64,000 nt of DNA from a virus (Duplodnaviria; Caudoviricetes), in IMG/VR virus record IMGVR_UViG_3300020036_009879, positions 9,651-73,650 of that record, one strand, 5' to 3'. The notes beneath the pieces were generated by a model. The model searched no databases. It saw only the letters and a program-made list of their open reading frames with translations, and was not told where the DNA came from. Positions 1 to 9,395 of the stretch are shown one piece after another. The first letter of the stretch is position 1. Every line of letters begins with the position of its first letter. Both the position numbers and the translations under genes were made by a program.

Positions 1-415
1 ACTTATTTAACTCTAAGGGGGTGTTTATAAGTTTCTGTAGGAGTTGTCTAAAGGTAATTTTACCCCATTCATCTACGATTATTAGGGCTTCATCGATAAA
101 ATTAACACTAATATCACCTCTAATAGTGTTATTTATCACCAAATAACCCTTCTGTAGTAACTTATCTTTCACATAATACCTGGCAGGAAACTTTCTATTT
201 AAAGCTTCAGCCATTAAAACTGGTGAAAAAGTGTTAATATTTAAAGCTATAATGTTTTCACTAACATAAGGCAACGAAAATGTATCAGAATGATTGATTT
301 TTCTTTGGTTTAGAGTACCAATTCTGTTACAAACTTGGTTATATTTTATAGACTCTTCCTTTAAAACTAATTTAACCCACTCATCACCTTTTAAAATCTC
401 TATTCTAGTTCCCAT
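1..415 (-). CDS. Probable tail/structural protein, N-terminal part (runs off the window)
   Basis: Manual translation from ATG at 415 (MGTRIEILKGDEWVKL...HSDTFSLPY...) stays open to base 1; abuts the upstream 417..1445 gene. Confidence 0.6.
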   Translation of the reverse strand, partial: MGTRIEILKGDEWVKLVLKEESIKYNQVCNRIGTLNQRKINHSDTFSLPYVSENIIALNINTFSPVLMAEALNRKFPARYYVKDKLLQKGYLVINNTIRGDISVNFIDEALIIVDEWGKITFRQLLQKLINTPLELNK

Positions 416-416
416 A

Positions 417-1445
417 TTAAGCTGTTTTTTGTGAAGTTTTAGAAATAGACTTAAGATTTACTGAGAAATCTCCTCCAGTTGCCAGGTTATTATATGGTGC
501 TGATGAAGAACTTAGTCTCATTAACTCTAGTTTTCCAGAATTATCAGCAGCATAGTAGATAGCAGGACTAGAATCTATCCCAGAAACAGCTAATAACTCT
601 TTTTGAGATAGTCCTAATGCTTTGAGTTCAATTGTATAAGAAGACTCTATGGATAGGTAGTTAATTTGTACGTATGGGTTTCCATTTTGTCTCTTTGTAG
701 ACTCAAACATAGAAACTTCTAATTCACCTTCATAGCTATTTGAAGAGTTTCTCTTCTCAATATCAAAGCCCCAGAACATCCAACCACCAAATCTAGACTT
801 CCAATATAAAACTCCACCATTAGGGAATTCAATTAAAGGAGAACTTAGTTTAGAGATGTCAGGTTGTACGTTGTTGTTACCTAATCCTGATAAAGCTGCT
901 TTGTAGAAGAAGTAATTACTCCATCTCTTGGCTATTTCAACTGTATCTACTCCATAGTATTCAAATTCAGTTAGAGGCTGTTCAGCTGTAACTGTAGGAC
1001 TAAATTGTCCTAGAGTCCTTCCTCCAATAATAGGTAACTTTTTGATAGTCACTACTTCAGAGCTAGTATCTGTGGAGATATAGAATTCGTAAACATACTT
1101 AGAAACAATCATACTTTCATATGAAGTTTCAATTTCTGATATAGAGGCTACTTTGTAAACTCCAGCCAGGTGTAACTGTTTCATTACTTCAGATAGGTCA
1201 AATGAAATATCTTTTCCAGAGATTAAATCAATCTCTACATACCTTACTAAAGTATCAACTCCAGCTAGAAAAGGTACTCTAACTGTCTTGTCTTGGATAT
1301 CATACCTTGCCACCTCTACATAAAGTTTAGTGGCTAAAGGGTTTGACTCTTGTACATTAATTCTAAGAGGTTCAAAGAGATAACTATAGGTTATTTCACC
1401 TGTACACTCCTGACCTTGAATTTCGGGTGTTATTATTATTGCCAT
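417..1445 (-). CDS. Hypothetical virion (tail-region) protein, 342 aa
   Basis: Long ORF in co-oriented structural cluster; no catalytic motif recognised. Confidence 0.6.
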   Translation of the reverse strand: MAIIITPEIQGQECTGEITYSYLFEPLRINVQESNPLATKLYVEVARYDIQDKTVRVPFLAGVDTLVRYVEIDLISGKDISFDLSEVMKQLHLAGVYKVASISEIETSYESMIVSKYVYEFYISTDTSSEVVTIKKLPIIGGRTLGQFSPTVTAEQPLTEFEYYGVDTVEIAKRWSNYFFYKAALSGLGNNNVQPDISKLSSPLIEFPNGGVLYWKSRFGGWMFWGFDIEKRNSSNSYEGELEVSMFESTKRQNGNPYVQINYLSIESSYTIELKALGLSQKELLAVSGIDSSPAIYYAADNSGKLELMRLSSSSAPYNNLATGGDFSVNLKSISKTSQKTA

Positions 1446-1565
1446 AAGTGTTTATTTATCTTTATCTTTGAAAGTTTCTTAAACCTTGTTTTTTATAATC
1501 AATATATTGATACCAAATCTAAAAGTAACTTTCTTAGAAATTAAATTTGATACCTTGTCTTGGGT

Positions 1566-2027
1566 TTATAAGATATCTTTGAAATTGATTTCTTTATAAA
1601 TCTGGTTTACCTTGTCATTAATTACTACAACTAACTTCTTACCTATTCTTTCTTGGTACTCTTTCATATGAGTCTGTAAAGTTTCTTCTAAGAAACTAGG
1701 TGCATTAGGAACCCAGTTTTTAGTACCATGTAGACCAATACTGTTTTGGATAGCCCAAGCTGTTCCATCTTGTGAAGAGTTTTCAAACTTAATATTCTCT
1801 CTCTTTACCCACTCAAGTATTGATTCAAAGGGAGGTTTCTTTCCAGGTCCACGACCATATCTGGCGAACTGAATGTGTGATGGAGTTAGTAGTATTATTC
1901 TTCTTCTTCCACTATCAACATGAATCTCTCCTTTGGTACTACTGTACTTATCAAGTTCACCTGTAACTACTTGTAAAAACTCTTTTGCTATTTCAAGTAG
2001 TTCATCAAACTCTTCTTTAGCAGACAT
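1566..2027 (-). CDS. Putative tail-completion/neck protein (HK97 gp10-like position)
   Basis: YGRGPGKKPP...WVKR...AWAIQNSIGLHGT pattern typical of phage morphogenesis proteins; gene context. Confidence 0.5.
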   Translation of the reverse strand: MSAKEEFDELLEIAKEFLQVVTGELDKYSSTKGEIHVDSGRRRIILLTPSHIQFARYGRGPGKKPPFESILEWVKRENIKFENSSQDGTAWAIQNSIGLHGTKNWVPNAPSFLEETLQTHMKEYQERIGKKLVVVINDKVNQIYKEINFKDIL

Positions 2028-2511
2028 CGAGTCCAGTTTTCATTTTCCACTTACACAAGACTCCACTATGTTTTCCAGAACCATGCTTAGGGACTAGTTT
2101 ATAGCTACAGTTTGTAATTGGAGCTTTATTAGTTCTTTGAAGTGGAATTAGTCTTTCATACAAATCCTGTATAAAAACTTGAAACAGTTGTCCCATTTCA
2201 ACTGAAGAGTCTTCTAAGTCTACTTTAGCCATAGAAGGGGCCTTCTTCATTAACAAAGCCACTATATTAGACAAAGGGTTATCTAGCATAGAGTTTTCAT
2301 TGAAAGATAATTCAGTATCTATGTCCCAGGAAATTAACATGATTGGTAAATCAGTAGGTCTAGTCTCCACTGTTGGAGTAGAAGGGTTTCCTTTTTCTGA
2401 TTTATGTGTAAGAGAGTTTAACTGAACCTCTAGGTTTTGTTCACTGTTTGTAATAACAGCCTGGATTCCAACAGCTTCTGCTGAATCCTTTATTAGTTGT
2501 ACCATAGTCAA
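2017..2511 (-). CDS. Hypothetical structural protein (possible tail terminator)
   Basis: 164-aa ORF coupled to neighbours; context only. Confidence 0.45.
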   Translation of the reverse strand: MTMVQLIKDSAEAVGIQAVITNSEQNLEVQLNSLTHKSEKGNPSTPTVETRPTDLPIMLISWDIDTELSFNENSMLDNPLSNIVALLMKKAPSMAKVDLEDSSVEMGQLFQVFIQDLYERLIPLQRTNKAPITNCSYKLVPKHGSGKHSGVLCKWKMKTGLDVC

Positions 2512-2595
2512 ATAGGTTATATAAGAAAAGGTTTTGGTAACCTAGTATAAAGACACCAGTACCACCAAAACATTTTCTTACAAAGGTTGTATCAC

Positions 2596-3330
2596 TTATT
2601 GTCCTAAAGATTGATTCTTAGATTTGAATCTAGCTTCAATAATTATTCTCATCTGTTCTTGTACATAAGCTTGTGTAGCTCGACTTAGTGAAAGGGATTT
2701 TACTAAACCGTTTGGAAGCTGAATAGCTCTAAAGTAGTCAAGGTTTAAGTCAGAACAAGTATTCTTAATTGTGTTTAAGACATCAAACTTCTCCATCATC
2801 TTTCCTCCAGCATTATCATAATCCTGGTCATGAACCTGTACTTGTAAGAAGAGTTTATTCCACTTATCTACTGAACTATTTACTGTCCTATCTATCCAAC
2901 CATAAAGTCCTAACATATGAATTAAGTCTGAGTCTGAAACAAGTATTCTAAACTTTTTAAAGTCCTGAGAGTCTGAGTCAAAAGGTTTCTTAGTATGAGA
3001 TTCAAAACAAGATAATGAAATGGTTTCAATAATCAGTTCAGTTATATCTCTTTCACCAGGATTTTGAAAAAGGGTATGTAGTTCAACCATAGCACCAAAA
3101 GCTATTTCATCAATACTTTCTGGTCTCAGGATTTTACAATCAGGGTTTTCTTCAACAGACTTTGGGTCCAGTTTTCTAATCTCCTCTGACTCTTTTTGAA
3201 TCTCTTTTACCAACTTGATGAAGTAGAATGCTTGATACCATCTCACTTTTTTAACTCCTAAGTACTCTCGAAGGATTGTAGTATAATCTACATTTTCTTT
3301 CGAGAGTGGAGTTAGTAATCTAAGTTTCAT
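2596..3330 (-). CDS. Hypothetical protein, 244 aa
   Basis: ORF track; start overlaps stop of upstream gene at 3330. Confidence 0.6.
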   Translation of the reverse strand: MKLRLLTPLSKENVDYTTILREYLGVKKVRWYQAFYFIKLVKEIQKESEEIRKLDPKSVEENPDCKILRPESIDEIAFGAMVELHTLFQNPGERDITELIIETISLSCFESHTKKPFDSDSQDFKKFRILVSDSDLIHMLGLYGWIDRTVNSSVDKWNKLFLQVQVHDQDYDNAGGKMMEKFDVLNTIKNTCSDLNLDYFRAIQLPNGLVKSLSLSRATQAYVQEQMRIIIEARFKSKNQSLGQ

Positions 3331-4109
3331 TACTGTCTTTTTCTTTGTAAAGCAGCTTCCAAGGCATCAGCCTTTCTCAACAAGAAGATTCTAGTACTTG
3401 GAATAGCCTGGTGTAGATTAGCTTGTACGATTTCAATGTTCTCTTGAATCTCTTCTTCAGTAAACAAGGTTTCGTCAATTACTATTTCTTCCACTACTTC
3501 AGCTTCTACCTCGATGTTTTCAATCTCTTCTTGGTCCTCATCTTCTACAACTGGTTCTAGAGACTCAGGTTGTAGTAAAGTTTCAGCATCCAAGATAGCT
3601 TCATACAAATCGTCTTCATCAAGACCTTCAGTTTCAATCCCAAGCTCTTTAGCTCTTTCAATCACCTTCTGTAATCTTTCATCATTCAACAACTCTTCGG
3701 CAGCTTCCACATCTACTTTTTTGAAAAGAGGTTTTCCAGCTTCAGAGATAAGAGTGTCTCCAATACTAAAACCAGCTCCCTCTAAACCTGGAATCAGGTC
3801 AAAGTGTCTTTGTTCAAGTACTGTCTCTCCTTCTTGAAACTGGAATTCAATCACACCCTCTTTCCTTACATCTCCTTCAACAGAGTTTTGTGTTTCAGGG
3901 TTTTTGGTCTCCTCAACTTTTTGATTCTCTTGTGCTTCTTTCAAAGCCTCAATTCCAGCATTGATAAGTACTTCTTTCTTCACACCACCTTTCCAGACAT
4001 GTTCTATTCTTAGGGTGATAAATTCTTCTTTTAAATCAGCAAATGATAATGCTGTTAATTCTTTTTTTAAGTCTTCAAAGTTGATAGACTTGTTTTCAGG
4101 TGTGCTCAT
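3330..4109 (-). CDS. Highly acidic protein with two small helical (LEM/Rho-N-like) motifs
   Basis: Glu-rich; motifs LSFADLKEEF...KKEVLINAG and VIERAKELGIETEGLDEDDLYEAI. Confidence 0.55.
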   Translation of the reverse strand: MSTPENKSINFEDLKKELTALSFADLKEEFITLRIEHVWKGGVKKEVLINAGIEALKEAQENQKVEETKNPETQNSVEGDVRKEGVIEFQFQEGETVLEQRHFDLIPGLEGAGFSIGDTLISEAGKPLFKKVDVEAAEELLNDERLQKVIERAKELGIETEGLDEDDLYEAILDAETLLQPESLEPVVEDEDQEEIENIEVEAEVVEEIVIDETLFTEEEIQENIEIVQANLHQAIPSTRIFLLRKADALEAALQRKRQ

Positions 4110-4136
4110 ATAAATAAAATTTGATTAATACTCTAG

Positions 4137-4172
4137 TCTTTAGTGCTAGGTAGTATGTTATACATAGTATAC
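4137..4172 (-). repeat. Copy of ~30-bp motif AACATACTACCTRGCRCTAAAGA
   Basis: ctttagtgctaggtagtatgttatac matches copies at 8366-8400 and (inverted) 8875-8906. Confidence 0.8.
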
Positions 4173-4182
4173 GTACATAACA

Positions 4183-4206
4183 AAACCCTAATACTAATTA
4201 GGGTTT
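4183..4206 (-). terminator. Intrinsic terminator hairpin
   Basis: aaaccctaat-acta-attagggttt perfect 10-bp stem just downstream of 4227 ORF. Confidence 0.7.
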
Positions 4207-4226
4207 GTAATAGTAGTAGGTTAAGT

Positions 4227-4643
4227 TTATTTCTTAGACCTCTTTTTCTTATTAAGACTTTTACTAAACTCTGTATCGGTAGTGTAAGAAACTTCAGCAG
4301 CCCTTAGTACAGAATCTAGTTCATTCTTGAATGGTTTCACTCTGTTTGTACTACTGGATTTTGATAATGGGTTTTCAACTATCATTATCAAGTCAGCCAT
4401 GTCATGGAAAATTTCAGTACCTTTGATGTAGCCTCTAACTTGAAGTAAGTTAGATTTGACAGCCTTGGCATGTTCTAAATCGGTTTTGTAATTCTCGACT
4501 ATTTGTTTGATTGTTTTAGCTTCTTCTCTAGTTAAGATTACTGGAGCTTCTACAATCTCTTCTTCTTTTCTTACTACTGAAATCTGTTTACCATTAGTGT
4601 CATACAAAGTGGTTGTAGTCTTAGTTTTTGTAACTCTTCTCAT
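4227..4643 (-). CDS. Hypothetical early protein (start revised to MRRVTK)
   Basis: The 5' extension of the ORF track (to 4742) overlaps a conserved promoter, so ATG at 4643 is preferred. Confidence 0.65.
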   Translation of the reverse strand: MRRVTKTKTTTTLYDTNGKQISVVRKEEEIVEAPVILTREEAKTIKQIVENYKTDLEHAKAVKSNLLQVRGYIKGTEIFHDMADLIMIVENPLSKSSSTNRVKPFKNELDSVLRAAEVSYTTDTEFSKSLNKKKRSKK

Positions 4644-4654
4644 ATCGTTAAATG

Positions 4655-4770
4655 TTTTTAAATTAGAGTGTAAATATAATAAAAGTTCTAATAAGAAAAA
4701 ACTTTTATTACAATTATTTTTAAAAACTTTTAATTGAAACAAAAGACTTTAAATAAAGGTTTCTAAGGAA
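4655..4770 (-). promoter_or_regulatory. Early promoter cassette (TATATTTACAC box plus upstream AAGACTTTAAAT...TAAGG element)
   Basis: Matches the repeated promoter family at 5960, 7213, 8020, 9215 etc.; resembles Bacteroidota TAnnTTTG box. Confidence 0.6.
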
Positions 4771-4936
4771 AGCTTTTCTATAGTAATGTACTCTAGTATT
4801 GATTCTTTGAGAACCTTTCGCAATCGTAAATTGGAAGTCTAAGGCCTTGTTTTTTCAGAATTGTATATTGATAACAGGTTTGAGAAATACCTTCTTAGAT
4901 ACTTTCATCTATATGTTGTCACATACGTACATAAGA

Positions 4937-4960
4937 AAACCATCCTTTGGAGAATGGTTT
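4937..4960 (-). terminator. Intrinsic terminator hairpin
   Basis: aaaccat...atggttt stem, followed by T-run on minus strand, downstream of 5001 ORF. Confidence 0.6.
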
Positions 4961-5000
4961 AATGACTTGATGAGTAGTTAAGTTTATCTAGATAAGTTTT

Positions 5001-5747
5001 TCATTGTCCCAACTGTTTGTTTAATCCTTTCTCTGAACCATCTTCTATCCCTTGGGTATAAGCTCTCTTGTCTAGAAGGCTTTGTTTGTTCTTAACTGTT
5101 TTCAAGTTAGTATTCAGGTCAAGGAACTCTTGAACTAAAGTGTCTTTACTAACAATCATTAACTCATAAGATGCTTTCTCTGAAGCTCCCATTGACATAT
5201 TCAAGAAAGACTCTTTGTCAGACTGTAGCTTTTGATTTAGTCCTACCAGGAACCCTGATTGGTATGATGTTGTAAATCTGAATTGTGATAATGCTTTATC
5301 AGATTCTTTGTATCTTCTTTTAGTGATAGCTCTAATCTGAGCTAAGATTGATTGGAATGTCATTACTACAACTTCTCTATCAGTGGTTTCTCCACATACT
5401 TTATAGTACTCTACTTTGTAAGGGGCTACATTGATGTATCTTTCATAGATAATAGCTTTACAGGAGTTGGTTCTAGAGATGATATTGAGTAATCGGATTT
5501 CAAAGCTCTTAGCCTCCATACCATCTTTCCAAGTACTCTCTATTACTGAGAAGTTGATTTCTCCTTTCTCACTTTTAATATCGTCTTGTTCCAAATTGTA
5601 CTTCATCATCAGTCTTTGTGCTGCCTTCATGGCATTTTCAACCTCTGATTCTGTTGCCCCATTTTCTTTTGAGAACTCCATTAGCTTTCTGATTTTCTCG
5701 ATAGCTGATAATTCTTCTTTTGATTTTTGTCCCTCTTGACTTTTCAT
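5001..5747 (-). CDS. DUF2786-like domain protein
   Basis: N-terminal IEKIRKLMEFSKENGATESEVENAMKAAQRLMMKYNL is the DUF2786 pattern; C-terminal SYQSGFLVGL...AYTQGIEDG. Confidence 0.75.
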   Translation of the reverse strand: MKSQEGQKSKEELSAIEKIRKLMEFSKENGATESEVENAMKAAQRLMMKYNLEQDDIKSEKGEINFSVIESTWKDGMEAKSFEIRLLNIISRTNSCKAIIYERYINVAPYKVEYYKVCGETTDREVVVMTFQSILAQIRAITKRRYKESDKALSQFRFTTSYQSGFLVGLNQKLQSDKESFLNMSMGASEKASYELMIVSKDTLVQEFLDLNTNLKTVKNKQSLLDKRAYTQGIEDGSEKGLNKQLGQ

Positions 5748-5766
5748 AACTCTTGATTTTTAAAAT

Positions 5767-5949
5767 TTATTTTCTATCTTTAATTGACTTATTAGTTCTA
5801 ACTAAACCCCATCTTCTAATAGCTTCTAAAGCTTGAGACTTTTTATTAAAACCATCTACACCTTCATTGTTATTATCTACTATCCAGTACCAAAATGCTT
5901 TACCATCTGATGAATACCAACGTTCTATAGTAACAGTTTTAGGTGTCAT
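5767..5949 (-). CDS. Small hypothetical early protein, 60 aa
   Basis: ORF immediately downstream of conserved promoter. Confidence 0.65.
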   Translation of the reverse strand: MTPKTVTIERWYSSDGKAFWYWIVDNNNEGVDGFNKKSQALEAIRRWGLVRTNKSIKDRK

Positions 5950-5959
5950 AATATCTTTC

Positions 5960-6080
5960 TTTTTAATTATAGTATAAATTTAAAGAGAAAGGCTCGAATA
6001 AAAAACCTTTATTACAATTATTTTTTAAAAAGATTTTAGTGTACCAAAACCAAAGACTTTAAATGCTTGGTTTTAAGGAA
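5960..6080 (-). promoter_or_regulatory. Early promoter cassette
   Basis: ttttaattatagtataaatttaa... plus aagactttaaatgcttggttttaagg upstream element. Confidence 0.7.
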
Positions 6081-6236
6081 AGCTTTTCTTTGTCTCCTCC
6101 AAGGGTACAAAGATGGTGTTGAGAACTTTTCTTACAATTAAAGTGTGGTACCTACATTTGGAAAAATCTCTATACTGAATTCTTTGTGAAGAAACTATTT
6201 TGAATTACCTTTAAAATACCTCACATATATACATAG

Positions 6237-6268
6237 AGAAGACTCCTACAGTTAAGTAAGAGTCTTCT
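6237..6268 (-). terminator. Intrinsic terminator hairpin
   Basis: agaagactc...gagtcttct 9-bp inverted repeat downstream of 6288 ORF. Confidence 0.6.
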
Positions 6269-6287
6269 GAAATTTAGTTTGAATGAA

Positions 6288-7004
6288 CTACTTTAGAGTG
6301 ATTGGATTCTCCACTAGATTTAAGTCTAGGGTTTTTAACAACTCTATGTGGTAGTTAGTTGTGAACTTGAATTGAGAAAGAGTCTTGTCAGAAGCTTTGT
6401 AAGCTTCTTTTGTTGCAACTCTAATTCCTCTAACAAGTTCATTGAAAGCAGCTGATAGTAGGTCGATGTCTTCTCTTGTACCAGTAACTTCAAAGTCATT
6501 GATAGTTGAGTTTTTTACCTGTACCACTTTACAGTTGAACTTTTCTTTCAAGATGTTTAGTACGTTACCTTCAAATGATTTGGCTTCAATTCCATCTTTC
6601 CAAGTACCGTTTACAATAACAGTAATTTCTTGAATGGTTTTGTCAAACTCTTCTTCAGTGATAACTTCTTCAACTTTCTCTTGTCTTGTCATCAAGTTGA
6701 TTACTTCTTCATCTTGTTTAGCTTCATCAGTTAAGTAATAGGTTCCTGCTATGTCTCCCTTCTCTTTCTTGGTAACGTTGATTACTCCTTTTTGTTCTAG
6801 TGAAGATATAACTCCACTTCTGGTTTTTCCTTTATAAGGTAAGAATTCATTTACTGAATAATCCCAAACGATTGAGTCTAAATCATTTTCCCAGAAATCT
6901 GATTCTGACATTGTTTTCAAGAACACTTGTTCTTTTTCTGTAAGACTGAACCCTACTACTTCATTTTTTGTAGCATTGGCTACTGTCCCATTTGACTTTT
7001 TCAT
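6288..7004 (-). CDS. Hypothetical early protein; C-terminus paralogous to the 5001..5747 protein (start revised to MKKSNG)
   Basis: Shared WKDG(I/M)EAKSFE and YK(A/E)SDK(T/A)LSQF(K/R)FTT(N/S)Y blocks. Confidence 0.65.
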   Translation of the reverse strand: MKKSNGTVANATKNEVVGFSLTEKEQVFLKTMSESDFWENDLDSIVWDYSVNEFLPYKGKTRSGVISSLEQKGVINVTKKEKGDIAGTYYLTDEAKQDEEVINLMTRQEKVEEVITEEEFDKTIQEITVIVNGTWKDGIEAKSFEGNVLNILKEKFNCKVVQVKNSTINDFEVTGTREDIDLLSAAFNELVRGIRVATKEAYKASDKTLSQFKFTTNYHIELLKTLDLNLVENPITLK

Positions 7005-7020
7005 GACTTTGATTTTTAAA

Positions 7021-7203
7021 TTATTTAACTGAACTAAGTTGGTTGTCTTTGATGTAAGTTTCCAAGGCTTCAATTGTAGTAAAGAACTCGAGACTATTTA
7101 AAGACTCTACTTTAGAACCTAGGTCCTTGTAGACTCTATAATTGAATATCTCTCCTTCTCTGTTTGTTAACTGACCTTCTGACCCTGCTACTAAGACTAC
7201 CAT
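7021..7203 (-). CDS. Small hypothetical early protein
   Basis: ORF directly after promoter 7213-7289. Confidence 0.6.
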   Translation of the reverse strand: MVVLVAGSEGQLTNREGEIFNYRVYKDLGSKVESLNSLEFFTTIEALETYIKDNQLSSVK

Positions 7204-7212
7204 GATTTCTTT

Positions 7213-7289
7213 CTTTTTAATTATAGTATAAATTTAAGGAGAAAGACTCGAATAAAAAACTTTAATTGGAATTATTTTTAAAAGATTTT
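7213..7289 (-). promoter_or_regulatory. Early promoter, 77 bp identical to 8020..8096
   Basis: Exact direct repeat seen in sequence. Confidence 0.8.
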
Positions 7290-7291
7290 TG

Positions 7292-7762
7292 TTACAAGAA
7301 TGATATATAGAAATCATTCATGCTAGAGAACAATTCTTCTGACATACTATGTAGTAATTCAGGTTTTACAATATATAATGCAAACACTTCTGCAAATGCT
7401 TCACTATAGGTTGATAATGGATGTCTACTCCCTGAGTATACTGATATACATTTTGGAGCTAAATCATTACAAATCTCTCTTACTTGTTTAAAGTCAGAAT
7501 CATGTCTAAAATTATCTTCAATTGCATGGCCAAACTCATGTGCTATACAAACTGATTCTAAGTTACTACCTACTAGAGACATAACATTTGGAAACAAAAA
7601 GTTTCCAAAGTTGTTTGGTCTACTAGGTTGGATACCTAAAAACTTTTCAAGACTATTTGAAATATACACTACATTTTTAGTATAACAACCAGCACTATTT
7701 CTAGTGTTCTCTAGTCTTTCAACTGATAGTCCAAAGTGTATATTTAAGTCTTGTAGTGTCAT
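7292..7762 (-). CDS. Zincin-type metallopeptidase (HExxH; lethal-factor-like motif set)
   Basis: IAHEFGHAIE and downstream YSEAFAEVFALY. Confidence 0.6.
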   Translation of the reverse strand: MTLQDLNIHFGLSVERLENTRNSAGCYTKNVVYISNSLEKFLGIQPSRPNNFGNFLFPNVMSLVGSNLESVCIAHEFGHAIEDNFRHDSDFKQVREICNDLAPKCISVYSGSRHPLSTYSEAFAEVFALYIVKPELLHSMSEELFSSMNDFYISFL

Positions 7763-7771
7763 AGCTCTTAT

Positions 7772-7847
7772 CTTTTAATTATAGTATAAATTTAAGAAAA
7801 AGAACTGATATAAAAAACTTTTATTGTAAAAACTTTTAAAAGATTTT
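7772..7847 (-). promoter_or_regulatory. Early promoter
   Basis: cttttaattatagtataaatttaag shared with 5960/7213/8020. Confidence 0.7.
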
Positions 7848-7848
7848 A

Positions 7849-8010
7849 TTACAAGTATTGCATTTGAGAATAAAAATAAACATATCCTTTTCTTGTTAGT
7901 GAAAAGTATTCAAAATATACACCATTTGGAAGAGTAGTTTTTTTGATAACTTCTCCAGCTCCATTTGTTGTAACCTCTCCTAGTTCTTCTAATGTGTAAT
8001 ACTTAGTCAT
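7849..8010 (-). CDS. Small hypothetical protein, 53 aa (below ORF-track cutoff)
   Basis: MTKYYTLEELGEVTTNGAGEVIKKTTLPNGVYFEYFSLTRKGYVYFYSQMQYL; fills the gap between two promoters. Confidence 0.65.
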   Translation of the reverse strand: MTKYYTLEELGEVTTNGAGEVIKKTTLPNGVYFEYFSLTRKGYVYFYSQMQYL

Positions 8011-8019
8011 AATTCCTAT

Positions 8020-8096
8020 CTTTTTAATTATAGTATAAATTTAAGGAGAAAGACTCGAATAAAAAACTTTAATTGGAATTATTTTTAAAAGATTTT
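8020..8096 (-). promoter_or_regulatory. Early promoter, identical to 7213..7289
   Basis: Exact 77-bp direct repeat. Confidence 0.8.
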
Positions 8097-8365
8097 ATTT
8101 TATCAATGATAGTGTGTAACAAAAGGTTTAGTTAAAATGGTATTAGGTATTAAATAATAAGATAAACCTCCTTAGAAACTTTCATACATATATATGATTG
8201 TAGAAACAGAGGTTTGTTTAGTATCAGATATTGGTGAATCTAGTTAAGTTAGGTTTTTAATTCAGTTGAGTATAAACACAATTAAACTTTCAATCTGTGA
8301 TTTCAGTTAAGTTGTAAAATCTCTTAGATAAATACTCAACTTAATATAACTCAGATTCTCTAACT

Positions 8366-8906
8366 TTCTTTAGCGCCAGGTAGTATGTATAACATACTAC
8401 AATATAAGGAAAAATTCTCAGACTATCAACTTTAAAGTGGGTTATTTTAAGACTTTAAATAAAGGTTTGTATGGAAAGACTATTGGCTGGCTCCTATTAG
8501 GGTATCCAGATGTGTAAAAGTTCTTTTCTCAAACCCAAGTTTAAATACCTACATTTGGAAAAATCCCTGTCTTCACAAAACCTAACACAAACAATATTTC
8601 ACTAACCAGCTTTGGTGGACAAAATAAAGTCTTGTGAAAAACAACTTTTTCCAAAGAAGTTTTTACAAAATGAAAATGAATAAAGGTTAATAAGGAATGT
8701 TCTAAAAATAGTTTTCTAAACCAGGGGTTTCAAAAAAGGATTTCTTAAAATCCTTTATCTTAGGTCGTTTTAGAAAAGTCTATCAGTATAAAATTAAGTA
8801 AAAGTTTTCTAAAATAAAAGTTTTTTATTCGAGAAGTTTTTATTATATTTATGCTAAAAAGATTGTTATCAGTACTAGGTATAACATACTACCTGGCGCT
8901 AAAGAA
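8366..8906. repeat. 23-bp perfect inverted repeat pair (8366-8388 / 8884-8906)
   Basis: ttctttagcgccaggtagtatgt and its reverse complement acatactacctggcgctaaagaa; left copy also forms hairpin gtagtatgt-ata-acatactac. Confidence 0.85.
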
Positions 8907-9014
8907 CTCAGACTTAAAACCTTAATTTTAAATCTGAGTATCTAAGACCTAGATTATTTCAACCAATCCTTTGGTACCTAGGGTTTGAGTTAATGGTTCT
9001 AAGAACCTGATTCT

Positions 9015-9203
9015 TTATTCATCTTCCGAGTTATCATCTCTTGAATGCTTTTCTTCTTGAAGGTCTGAGAGACATTCATCAATGTGTTCATTAAAGCCAT
9101 CTATACTCCAAGTGTTAAAATCCTTGTCATTAATACGACTTAGTTTTTGTTTTGTTTCTCTTAAAATCTTTTGTACTAATTCAACTCTTTCTATCTTAGT
9201 CAT
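9015..9203 (-). CDS. Small acidic hypothetical protein (start revised to MTKIER)
   Basis: ORF with promoter-like TATATTTACAC box directly upstream (9215-9260). Confidence 0.6.
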   Translation of the reverse strand: MTKIERVELVQKILRETKQKLSRINDKDFNTWSIDGFNEHIDECLSDLQEEKHSRDDNSEDE

Positions 9204-9395
9204 AACTCTTATATTAATTAAAGTGTAAATATAATTAAAGTAATTCATTAATAAAAGTTTTTTAGTAAGAGATTTTTACTATAATACTTTATTTCTAATA
9301 AACAACTTTTATTGGAGTTATTTTTTGTACTAATATAAAGTAGTATTTGAAAAGCTTTTCTCTGTCTCCTATTAGGGTACTGAGATATACGAAAG

